Assembly (NCBI GenBank): GCA_040218735.1 | Contig: JAVJQW010000023.1 | Coordinates: 288,001 to 352,000, forward strand | Reading direction: 5' to 3' | DNA from: Deltaproteobacteria bacterium | GTDB taxonomy: Bacteria > Myxococcota > Kuafuiibacteriia > Kuafuiibacteriales > Kuafuiibacteriaceae | DNA length: 64,000 nucleotides | Part shown: positions 31,945 through 40,658 of the stretch, piece after piece | How the letters are laid out: each line of letters starts with the position of its first letter | Numbering within the stretch: position 1 is the first letter of the stretch | Position numbers and translations under genes: made by a program | Notes under the pieces: model-generated | What the model saw: only the letters and a program-made list of their open reading frames with translations | Database searches by the model: none | Told to the model about the DNA's origin: nothing

Positions 31945-33527
31945 GCCGCCAGGCTCCGCTCCACGAACGCATCCCGCGCGGGCGGCGACGGCATCCCGGC
32001 CATCACGCCGCGCAGGGGGATCGACTCCACCAACGCGAGATTGACGCCGTGGCGCGCGAGGATTCGGTTCGCCGCGATGAGGCCGCCGGTGAACGCGCCC
32101 TCCATCAGCATCGTCGGGAACGACTGCCGCACCCAGTCGCCGGCGAGGTAGAGCCCCTCCGTGCCCGAGTCGACCGTGGGGCGCGTCGCGTTCGCGCCGA
32201 CGTGGAACGCCGGGAAGTCACGCCGGAGCTGGAGGTCCTCTTGGACGATGGCTGCGTCGTACTCGAAGCGACGCTTGAGCTCGTCGTAGAGCAGGCCTCC
32301 CACGGCGTCGTCCGGGATGTCGTCCGGGAGCGCGTAGCAGTGCAGCTCCAACACCGCGCCGCCGTTCTTCTCCGCCCACGCGCGCGCTTCGGGTTCGTAG
32401 CGATCGTTGAGGGCGACTGCGTCGAGCACCCGTTCGCTCTCGGTGATCACGAAGTCACGGATGTCGTGCTCGAAGGGGCGGTCGAGCCACAGGCGCTGCA
32501 CGGCGTAGCGCTGACCGGCGCGGAGGGTGTCGAGGCCCGGCACCGGCTCGATGCCTTCCGCGGCGCCGAGGATCTTCTTCGTGCCGACCACGTTCGTCGC
32601 GATGACGACGTCGTCGAACGTCTCGCCGTCGACCTCGAACCCCCGCGCGGTGCGCCGCAGGCGCTCGACCGGCTTCCCCAACGACAGCGTCACGCCGAGG
32701 CCTCGGAGGTGATCGCGGATCGGCGCGATCAGCGCGTGTTCGTAGTCGTGCTGCGGGAAGTCGTAGACCAGCCCGAGGTCGTGGCCGAGGAAGTAGAAGT
32801 GAAAGCACTTCACGAGCTCCGCGAGCGACATCTTGTCCTCGTCGGCGAAGAACGCGCGGGCGAACGTGCCGAACGCGAGGCGGAGGCGCCGCGGGAGCTT
32901 CGCGGCCTCCGCGAACTGCGCGAAGCTGACGTCGTCGTAGCGCCGGTAGGTGTCGGCGCGATCGTACTCGAGGAACACACCCATCAGATCGCGCGCGGGC
33001 CCGAACACGATTCCGCCGAGTGCGTAGACGCCGCGCCGCCACAGCGACAGGAGGTTGAGGATCGGCGTCTTGTCGATCCCGCCGAACGACAGGCGCGTGC
33101 CGTCGCGCTCTACGATCTGGTAGTCACCGATCGACCGAAACGCCTCCCGCACGCCGAGTCCGTGGAGGAAGCGATCGAGGTTGTAGTAATTGAGGAAGAA
33201 CGCGTGGAAGCCGTGCCCGATCCACGTCGAGCTGTCGTCGGGGAGCGTCGTCTTCCACGCGCCGACCTTGCCGCCGAGGTAGGGCTCGGCCTCGAACAGC
33301 TCGACCTCGAACCCGCGCTCCGCGAGCGTCGACGCGGCGGCGATCCCCGCGAGCCCGCCGCCGACGACGGCCACGCGCTTCGGCTCGGCGACGCGCTCGA
33401 CGCGCTCGCTCCCCTCGATCACGATGCGCTGCGGACCGAGCCGCCACGCGACGACCCGACGGACGAGCGGCTTGAACGACAACCCCCCGACGATCGCGAG
33501 GACCAACGCCGCGACGGCCCAGACCAC
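31902..33527 (-). CDS. FAD-dependent oxidoreductase, carotenoid desaturase (CrtU-like) family
   Basis: GGGLAG dinucleotide motif, LGGKVGAW, HGFHAFF..YYN, LAGDWV, LMEGA. Confidence 0.75.
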   Translation of the reverse strand: MVWAVAALVLAIVGGLSFKPLVRRVVAWRLGPQRIVIEGSERVERVAEPKRVAVVGGGLAGIAAASTLAERGFEVELFEAEPYLGGKVGAWKTTLPDDSSTWIGHGFHAFFLNYYNLDRFLHGLGVREAFRSIGDYQIVERDGTRLSFGGIDKTPILNLLSLWRRGVYALGGIVFGPARDLMGVFLEYDRADTYRRYDDVSFAQFAEAAKLPRRLRLAFGTFARAFFADEDKMSLAELVKCFHFYFLGHDLGLVYDFPQHDYEHALIAPIRDHLRGLGVTLSLGKPVERLRRTARGFEVDGETFDDVVIATNVVGTKKILGAAEGIEPVPGLDTLRAGQRYAVQRLWLDRPFEHDIRDFVITESERVLDAVALNDRYEPEARAWAEKNGGAVLELHCYALPDDIPDDAVGGLLYDELKRRFEYDAAIVQEDLQLRRDFPAFHVGANATRPTVDSGTEGLYLAGDWVRQSFPTMLMEGAFTGGLIAANRILARHGVNLALVESIPLRGVMAGMPSPPARDAFVERSLAAQDKTSASVSSVGS

Positions 33528-33545
33528 GCGCGGAGGCTAGCACCG

Positions 33546-35276
33546 CTGATCGCGGCTTCGTTGCTGCTTTGTTCACCCGCGGTCGCAGCCCCTCTCGACG
33601 ATCCGACTCCGGCCGAGCCGCGCAGTCGATTCTGCTGCGCGCTGGGCCGTGATCTCCCGGTGCGGTTGGGGCCGTTGATGCTCCCGATCCGTCTGAAGAA
33701 CGTGGTCTCCGTAGAGCGGCTCGGCGCGCATCACTACACGGGAAAGCTCCCGCTCGAGGAGCGTACCGGCCTGCTCTATACGTGCCGCGGCGGGTTGATC
33801 GATCTCGGTCACGTGCGCGCGTCGATCGATCGCGTCGCCTTCCTCTACGCCGCGAGCGTGCGACCGCGCGTCGAGCTCGGCGTGCAGGGCGGAACGGGCG
33901 TCTTCGTCCACAACGCGACCACCGCCGAGGACCGCCGCGCCTTCGCCGCGCGGGGCGCCTACCGGCTCGCGGTCTGGCACGAACAGGCCACCACGCGCGG
34001 GGTGGGCCGACGCCCTTACTTCGCCGAAGACTTCTCCGCCGGCTCGCCCGAAGACCTCTACTCCGACGCCCTCGGCGCGACGATCGGCCTCGCGGCGCTC
34101 TTGGATCCGCGACCGTTCGAAGAGGCCGTCGACGACCTCCTCGTGCGCCACCTCGAAGCGCTCGGCGCCGTCCCGGCCGGCGCGACGAAGACGGCGCTCG
34201 ACCGCGTCGAAGGACAGTGGTGGCGACGCGGGGTCATGGTGCCCGACGGCGCCCTGCTCCTCGCGCGCCGTGACGACGACGGGCTCCCGATTCAACCCTG
34301 GCGCCTCGACGCCGACGACGCCGCGTTACTCGGTTGCACCGCGAACGCCGAGTCCCTCGACCTCCCCGCGGCGCCGCCGTTCACCTTCGCCGTCGACGAC
34401 GCCGAGCCGGGCTCCGACGCGAGACCCGAGCGCCCGTGGATCGGCGCGCTCCGTCTGCAGTCGATTCGGTTGATGCCGTTCGAGCTCTTCGCGGGCGGTT
34501 TCGGGCGGGAAAAGTTCACCCCTTCGTTCGGACTGCGGGTGCGCGGCGGCGAAGCGCGCACGTGGGGCGGCGACGCTCGCATCGTCCGCTTCGCCACGGC
34601 GTTCGCCGACGCGGACCGAGGCACGGTGTTCAACATCGTCGGCGTCGAAGCCGAGTCGCTGTCGTTCTGCACCGACGCCGACGACGGCACGCTGCACGGT
34701 CCGATCAGCGCGTGGTTCATGGCGTGTCGCCCGGGCGGCGTCGGGGTCGGCGGTCGACTCCTGCACGCGCAGTACGACGGGCGCACCGGGCGCACGATCG
34801 TCCGACCCGTCGAGCTGACGGTCGACGTCGACCTGCTCCGCAACGCGTTCACGCCGGCGTGGTTCACCCGACGCCTCACGGTCGCCGCGGGGTTCGGCGT
34901 CGACGACGTCCGCGAAGGCGTCCGCCACCGCGTCATCCCGCGCGCGGTCGCCTCGCTTCGGTTCGACCTCGGCGACGAAGACGGCGACTTCGGCCTCCGC
35001 GTTCGGGGATCGGTGCGGCAGTCGGTCACCACGTTCGCCGACCGCGGGATCGAGTCGTCGCTGAGGCTAGTGCATCGCCTCTACCTCGGCGCCGAGACGC
35101 CTCGGTCGATTCCGACGGCGCTCATCGAGCTCGGCGCGGAGATCGGCCACGCGTACTGGGCCGACCCGTGGACGTCGATCTCGGATTGGTCGCTTCCGCT
35201 CCTCTCCGCGCGCGACCCGCATACGCTCTACGGCGCCCTCACCGTCGGCGCGCGCTTCGAGGCGATCACCTTCTGA
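33546..35276 (+). CDS. DUF4056-like domain protein with C-terminal beta-rich region
   Basis: RFCCALG, LGAHHY, GLLYTCRGGLIDLGHVR, WHE, SPEDLYSDALG; start uncertain. Confidence 0.72.
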   Translation: MIAASLLLCSPAVAAPLDDPTPAEPRSRFCCALGRDLPVRLGPLMLPIRLKNVVSVERLGAHHYTGKLPLEERTGLLYTCRGGLIDLGHVRASIDRVAFLYAASVRPRVELGVQGGTGVFVHNATTAEDRRAFAARGAYRLAVWHEQATTRGVGRRPYFAEDFSAGSPEDLYSDALGATIGLAALLDPRPFEEAVDDLLVRHLEALGAVPAGATKTALDRVEGQWWRRGVMVPDGALLLARRDDDGLPIQPWRLDADDAALLGCTANAESLDLPAAPPFTFAVDDAEPGSDARPERPWIGALRLQSIRLMPFELFAGGFGREKFTPSFGLRVRGGEARTWGGDARIVRFATAFADADRGTVFNIVGVEAESLSFCTDADDGTLHGPISAWFMACRPGGVGVGGRLLHAQYDGRTGRTIVRPVELTVDVDLLRNAFTPAWFTRRLTVAAGFGVDDVREGVRHRVIPRAVASLRFDLGDEDGDFGLRVRGSVRQSVTTFADRGIESSLRLVHRLYLGAETPRSIPTALIELGAEIGHAYWADPWTSISDWSLPLLSARDPHTLYGALTVGARFEAITF

Positions 35277-35317
35277 TCGAGGAACAACACCCGCGCATCG
35301 ATGGTTCCGGCTGAGAA

Positions 35318-36349
35318 ATGGGGCCGGTCGACGCGCAGAAGATTGCCGTGCCCGCCGTCGGCGCGCTGCACGACGACCCTTTCCTCCGCCGATGGTCGCG
35401 CCGCTTCGTGAGCTTCTCCTTCGTGGGGATGGCGCTGCTCGTGAGCGTCGTAGCGTTCCCGCTCGCGCTCGTCCACGACGCCATACGCCGACGCCGCTTC
35501 TCCGGCGTGCGGTTCTGGGCCGTCGTGATCGTCTTCCTCGGCGCGGAGCTCGTCGGGCTCACGCTCGCGTTCGAGTTGTGGCTCCGCCGCCTGCTCGGCG
35601 GGAGCGAAGCGGCGTACCTCGACGCGCACTACCGCCTGCAGTGGTGGTGGGTCAGCACGATCTTCGAGTGGTCGCGACGCATCCTCGACGTCCACGTGGA
35701 GGTCGAAGGCCTCGACGCGGTCGAGCCCGGACCGATGCTCCTCGTGCTCCGTCACGCGAGCCTCGTCGACACCCTCCTCCCCGGCCACCTCGTGTCGAGT
35801 CGACTCGGGCTCAAGCTCCGTTACGTCCTCAAACGCGAGCTGGTGTGGGACCCGTGTCTCGATGTCGTCGGGCACCGCATCCCCAACGCTTTCGTGCAGC
35901 GCGGCGGCGCAGATCATGACAAGGATCTGAGCGCGGTGCGTGCGCTCGTCGAAGGTCTCGGTCGTCACGAAGGTGTGTTGCTCTTCCCCGAGGGCACCCG
36001 GTTCTCCGAGTCGCGTCGGCGGCGGTCGCTCGAATATCTCGAAGCGAACGAACCCGAGATCCACGCGCTCGCCGAGCCCCTCGAGAACGTCCTCCCGCCG
36101 CGCCTCGGCGGGTTGTTCGCGCTGCTCGACGCGGCCCCGAACCTCCACGTCGTCTTCTGCAGCCACCGCGGCCTCGACGGCATCCGAACCTTCGACGATC
36201 TCCTGAACGGCACGCTGATCGGTCGAACGATCGCCGTCCGCTTCTGGCGCTACTCCGCCGACACCATCCCCACGGCACCGGCCGAACGCACGCGATGGCT
36301 CTACGACGCCTGGGCCGACGTGGACCGGTTCGTCGGGGAGGCGGCGTGA
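35318..36349 (+). CDS. 1-acyl-sn-glycerol-3-phosphate acyltransferase family
   Basis: RHASLVD (HxxxxD), LKREL, FPEGTRF. Confidence 0.88.
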   Translation: MGPVDAQKIAVPAVGALHDDPFLRRWSRRFVSFSFVGMALLVSVVAFPLALVHDAIRRRRFSGVRFWAVVIVFLGAELVGLTLAFELWLRRLLGGSEAAYLDAHYRLQWWWVSTIFEWSRRILDVHVEVEGLDAVEPGPMLLVLRHASLVDTLLPGHLVSSRLGLKLRYVLKRELVWDPCLDVVGHRIPNAFVQRGGADHDKDLSAVRALVEGLGRHEGVLLFPEGTRFSESRRRRSLEYLEANEPEIHALAEPLENVLPPRLGGLFALLDAAPNLHVVFCSHRGLDGIRTFDDLLNGTLIGRTIAVRFWRYSADTIPTAPAERTRWLYDAWADVDRFVGEAA

Positions 36350-37278
36350 ACGTCATCGACCGCCTGCTCGACAAGAGCATCGTCTTCTCGTTCGACAAGA
36401 GCGGCTTCGAACGGCACCGCGCCTCCTTCGCGGACCCGGAGCTACGCGTGGACCTCACCGGGCGGCGGATGCTGGTCACCGGCGCCAACTCGGGCCTCGG
36501 CTTCGCGACGACGCGCGCGCTCGCGGAGCGCGGCGCCACCGTCTACATGCTGTGCCGGAGCGTGGAGCGTGGAGAGGCCGCGAAGGCGGAGCTGAGCGGC
36601 GACGTTCAGCTCGAACGCATCGATGTCTCGGACCTCGGCGACGTCCGCCGCTTCGCGGAGCGGTTCGAGCCGGACCACGTCGACGTGTTGATCCACAACG
36701 CGGGTGTCCTCCCGAACACCCGGACGCTCACGCCGGACGGGCTGGAGCAGACCTGGGCGACCAACGTCGTCGGGCCGTTCCTGCTCACCCACCTGATGCG
36801 CTCGCGGCTCGCCGCTTCGGACGACGCTCGGATCGTCAACGTCTCGTCGGGCGGCATGTACACCACGCGCCTCACCACGTCGGACACCCGATGGGAGCAG
36901 CGCGACTTCGACGGCGTGCAGGCGTACGCCGAGACGAAGCGCGCCGAGGTCGTGCTCACCGAGCAGTGGGCGGAGCGCCTCGCGCCCGAGGGCATCGCGG
37001 TGCACGCGATGCACCCCGGTTGGGCCGACACCCCCGGCGTGAAGACGTCGATCCCGCGCTTCCACCAGATGACGAAACACCGCCTCCGCACCTGGGAGCA
37101 GGGCGCCGACACCACGGTGTGGCTCGCGGCCTCCCCGGAGGTGCGCGGCGTGAGCGGGAAGTTCTACTTCGATCGCCGAGAGGCCCCCACGCATATCGTC
37201 GAGCGCACCAAGGAGACGGCCTCGCAGCGCGACGCGCTGTGGGCGCGCTGCTGCGAGGACGCGGGGATCGAAGTGTGA
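36346..37278 (+). CDS. SDR family oxidoreductase (DHRS12-like)
   Basis: TGANSGLG, HNAG, VSSGGMY, YAETK, MHPGWADTPG. Confidence 0.9.
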   Translation: MNVIDRLLDKSIVFSFDKSGFERHRASFADPELRVDLTGRRMLVTGANSGLGFATTRALAERGATVYMLCRSVERGEAAKAELSGDVQLERIDVSDLGDVRRFAERFEPDHVDVLIHNAGVLPNTRTLTPDGLEQTWATNVVGPFLLTHLMRSRLAASDDARIVNVSSGGMYTTRLTTSDTRWEQRDFDGVQAYAETKRAEVVLTEQWAERLAPEGIAVHAMHPGWADTPGVKTSIPRFHQMTKHRLRTWEQGADTTVWLAASPEVRGVSGKFYFDRREAPTHIVERTKETASQRDALWARCCEDAGIEV

Positions 37279-38054
37279 GCGCCCTGCCCTACGCCGGCGG
37301 TGCGGTGTTCGTGTTGATGCTCGCGCAGTGGATCGCGAGCCTCCCGCTGAAGGACGCGAGCATCGTCGATCGCTTCTGGGGCGCGGGGTTTGTGTTGGTC
37401 GCGGCGTGCACTGCGTACGTGACCGCACCGCCGACACCACGCGGGTGGATCGTGCTCGCGGTCGTCACGGTGTGGGGGCTGCGACTGTCGGCGTACCTGA
37501 CCTGGCGCAACTGGGGCGAGGGTGAGGACCGTCGCTACCAGAAGATGCGCGCGCACTGGGGCGCGCGTTTCGGCGTCGTGTCGCTGTTCACCGTGTTCCT
37601 GTTCCAGGGCGCGGTCATGCTGGTCATCGCGACGCCGGTGATGGTCGCGATCGCCGCGCGAGACACATCACTCGGCGCGCTCGACGTCGGCGCCGGGGTC
37701 ACGTTTTTGATAGGCTTCACCTTCGAGGCGGTCGGTGATCTCCAGCTCGCACGCTTCCTCGCCTCACCGAGCACCGACGGCCAGGTCATGGACCGCGGCC
37801 TGTGGCGCTACACCCGCCACCCGAACTACTTCGGCGACGCGCTCGCGTGGTGGGGCATCGCGACGTTGGCCTTCGCGACCGGCGCGTGGTGGACCGCCTT
37901 CGCGCCGGCGATCATGACGTTCCTGCTCCTGAAGGTCTCGGGCGTCGTGCTGCTGGAGAAGACGATCGTGAAGCGCCGCCCGGCGTACGAGGACTACGCG
38001 CGGCGAACGTCGGCGTTCATCCCTTGGCCGCCGCGCGAGACTCAGCCGCGATAG
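37275..38054 (+). CDS. DUF1295 family membrane protein
   Basis: SIVDRFWG, WGLRL, EDRRY, GLWRYTRHPNYFG, SGVVLLE. Confidence 0.9.
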   Translation: MSALPYAGGAVFVLMLAQWIASLPLKDASIVDRFWGAGFVLVAACTAYVTAPPTPRGWIVLAVVTVWGLRLSAYLTWRNWGEGEDRRYQKMRAHWGARFGVVSLFTVFLFQGAVMLVIATPVMVAIAARDTSLGALDVGAGVTFLIGFTFEAVGDLQLARFLASPSTDGQVMDRGLWRYTRHPNYFGDALAWWGIATLAFATGAWWTAFAPAIMTFLLLKVSGVVLLEKTIVKRRPAYEDYARRTSAFIPWPPRETQPR

Positions 38055-39385
38055 TGGTCGGGGTCGAGCCCTTCCTTGCGGAGCCACCGGTAGACCTGCG
38101 CGCGGTGTTTGCCGAGGAGCTTGGCGATCGTCGCGACGTTGCCCTGGTGCTCCTCGAGCAACGCGACCAGGCCGCTTCGGTCCAACGCGACCGGTTGCGC
38201 TTCGGCCTCGGGCTTGCGCTTGCGCGCGCTGGTGAGGTTCGCGGCGAATTCGGGCGGGAGGCTCGAAAGCTCGAGGACGCGCTGGTCGAACATCTGGATC
38301 TGCGCGGCGAGGTGCTGCACCTCGCGGACGTTCTGCGGCCAGTCGTGGAGGAGCATCGCCTCGGCCGCGTCGGCGGAGATCGCGTGCAGCGGCATCGACG
38401 CCATCTGGGTGAACAGCGGGAGGACCTCCTCGCGGCGATCCGCGAGGCCGGGGAGCCGCAGCACCATCCCCGAGAGTCGCGCGTACAGGTCGCGGCGGAA
38501 GGTGCCCTGCTCGACGAGCACGTCCAACGACTTGTGCGTCGCGGCGACGACGCGAACGTCGACGGCCGTCTCCACGTCCGAGCCGACCGGGCGCACCGTC
38601 TTCTCCTGTAGGGTCCGGAGCAGCGACGGCTGCTGGTCGAGGGGGAGGTCCGCGATCTCGTCGAGGAAGAGTGTGCCGCGATCGGCGGCGACGAAGAGCC
38701 CGGAGCGATCACCGGAGGCTCCCGAGAAGGCGCCGGCCGCGTGGCCGAAGAGCTCACTCGCGATCAGCTCGCGGTTGAGCGCGCCGCAGTTCACGGCGAC
38801 GAGCCGACCGGGGCGACCGCTCGCTTCGTGAATCTGCTTCGCGAGGCGCTCCTTACCGGCGCCGGTCGGACCGAGGAGGAGCAGCGACAGCGGCGCGCGT
38901 GCCGCGAGCGTCGCGCGCGCTTCGACGACCTCGCGCAGCACACTCGCGGTCGGCGACAACCGAGGCCGCGGGAGCCCCTCGGGGAGGTCGGCCTCCGAGA
39001 ACACAAACGTCGAGTCGGCGATGCGAATGACGCTCCCGTGTTCGAGCTCCGCCTTGGCGGCGCGGGTGCCGTCGACGAACGTGCCGTTTCGGCTCCCGAG
39101 ATCTTCGACCGTGAAGACGTCCCGATCCTCGTCGTGAACGATCCGCGCGTGACGGCGACTCGACCCGGGGTCGCAGATCTCGATGCCGCCCGCGCCCGGG
39201 TCGCGTCCGATGACCACCGTGCCGTCGAGCTCCCAGACGCGCTCGGTCTGATCCGGATCCTCGACGTGATGCGCGAGCGTGAGCACTCGAACGCGCGGCG
39301 GATCGATCGCGTCGAGGCGATCGAGAAGGTCGACGTGGTCCGCGGTCTCGTCGTATCGGGAACGTGCCATCGGCGTAGGCGTCAC
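38042..39385 (-). CDS. FHA-domain sigma54-dependent enhancer-binding protein (Fis-type HTH)
   Basis: FHA (IGR, SRRHA, DLGSRNGT); AAA+ (GPTGAGKE, SELFGH, GAFSGA, LFLDEI, FRRDLY, WPQNVRE); C-terminal HTH. Confidence 0.93.
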   Translation of the reverse strand: MTPTPMARSRYDETADHVDLLDRLDAIDPPRVRVLTLAHHVEDPDQTERVWELDGTVVIGRDPGAGGIEICDPGSSRRHARIVHDEDRDVFTVEDLGSRNGTFVDGTRAAKAELEHGSVIRIADSTFVFSEADLPEGLPRPRLSPTASVLREVVEARATLAARAPLSLLLLGPTGAGKERLAKQIHEASGRPGRLVAVNCGALNRELIASELFGHAAGAFSGASGDRSGLFVAADRGTLFLDEIADLPLDQQPSLLRTLQEKTVRPVGSDVETAVDVRVVAATHKSLDVLVEQGTFRRDLYARLSGMVLRLPGLADRREEVLPLFTQMASMPLHAISADAAEAMLLHDWPQNVREVQHLAAQIQMFDQRVLELSSLPPEFAANLTSARKRKPEAEAQPVALDRSGLVALLEEHQGNVATIAKLLGKHRAQVYRWLRKEGLDPDHYRG

Positions 39386-40629
39386 TTGCCGCGTTGTGCG
39401 CCGCCCGTCGAGGGGGGGGCCTCGAGCGTGGCCGTGAGCGAGATGTCGTCGAGCTCGTCCGCGGTCTCCTCGAAGTCACCGACCACCGTATCGGCGGCCG
39501 CGATTCCCGCCGGAATGGCCGGGCCACGGTCCGTCGCGGCGATCGATCCGTCGTCCAACAGCTGCGGGAGCTCGGTCGTGGAAGGGACCTCGGCGTCCGG
39601 CGTGTTCATGCCCTGCACCACGGTTTCCACCGGGCCCGATACACTCGCAGTCGGGCCGGCGTCGTCGAAGGGGCCCGTCTCCATCTCGTCGGACGGGTTC
39701 CAGGCCGGCATCAGCTCCGGAGCGTCGAGCATGGCGGCGCGGAACGCACCGCGGAAGGTCGTGATGTCCTCGAAGCGCTCCTCGGGGCTCGTCGACATGC
39801 CGCGGACGAGCACCTCGTCGACCGAAGCGGGCACGTCGTCGCGCACGGCGGACGCGCGCGGTCGTTCACCGCGGAGGATTCGCTTCATGATGTCGAGCTG
39901 CGAGTTGGCGTCGCCGATCGACGCGTGGGCCACGAGCGGCTCGCCGTATACGTCCGTCGCCCAGGCGCGGCGGAGCGTGATGAGCTCGTAGAGGATCACC
40001 GCGAGCGCAAACTGATCCGTGCGGCCGTCGACGGGGCGCTGCCGCATCTGCTCCGGCGTCATGTAGGCGATCGATCCGATCACCCGACCAATGGTGGTCG
40101 GGTCGAAGCGCTCGTTGTCGAGGGACTTCGCGGCCCCGAAGTCGAGCACCTTCACGAAAGGCGGCTTGCGGGGGGCGTTGACCATGATGTTCGCCGGCTT
40201 GAGATCCCGGTGAACGACGGCGTGCTCGTGGGCGCAGGCGAGCGCGTCGCAGATGCGATCGCAGAGCCACGCGATTCCGATGAGTGGGATGGCGTGGCGC
40301 TTCGCCGAGCGCCGCTGCATGCGCGCTTGCAACGTCTCCCCCTCCACGTACTCGAGCGTGAAGAACCGCGGCGCGGACGTCGTTCGGTCGAGGTAAGCGC
40401 GCGCGATCGACTGATGCTCGAGGCTCGAGAGCAGCTCGGCCTCCTGACGAAAACGCTCCACGGCGCCCACCGTGGCTTCGTGTCCCGCGTGGAGGATCTT
40501 CACCGCGACGGCCGCGTCGGTCGTGAGCTCTGTTGCGCGCCAGACCGAAGAAAAGCCGCCCGACCCGAGCCGCCTCTCCAGCCGAATCCGGCCGTCGAGG
40601 ACGGCGCCTTCGGCCAAGTGCTCCGCCAT
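39382..40629 (-). CDS. cytoplasmic Hanks-type Ser/Thr protein kinase
   Basis: LGSGGFSSV, VAVK, HRDLKPANI, DFG, YMTPEQ; acidic Thr-rich tail; no TM. Confidence 0.93.
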   Translation of the reverse strand: MAEHLAEGAVLDGRIRLERRLGSGGFSSVWRATELTTDAAVAVKILHAGHEATVGAVERFRQEAELLSSLEHQSIARAYLDRTTSAPRFFTLEYVEGETLQARMQRRSAKRHAIPLIGIAWLCDRICDALACAHEHAVVHRDLKPANIMVNAPRKPPFVKVLDFGAAKSLDNERFDPTTIGRVIGSIAYMTPEQMRQRPVDGRTDQFALAVILYELITLRRAWATDVYGEPLVAHASIGDANSQLDIMKRILRGERPRASAVRDDVPASVDEVLVRGMSTSPEERFEDITTFRGAFRAAMLDAPELMPAWNPSDEMETGPFDDAGPTASVSGPVETVVQGMNTPDAEVPSTTELPQLLDDGSIAATDRGPAIPAGIAAADTVVGDFEETADELDDISLTATLEAPPSTGGAQRGK

Positions 40630-40658
40630 CGCGGATCAGCGTAGCACACGCCTCGCAC

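Noticed and set aside
32049-33545. N-terminal half of the 1075-aa ORF as a large fusion
   Set aside because: Antisense to the FAD oxidoreductase; only the part from about 33546 looks like real protein.
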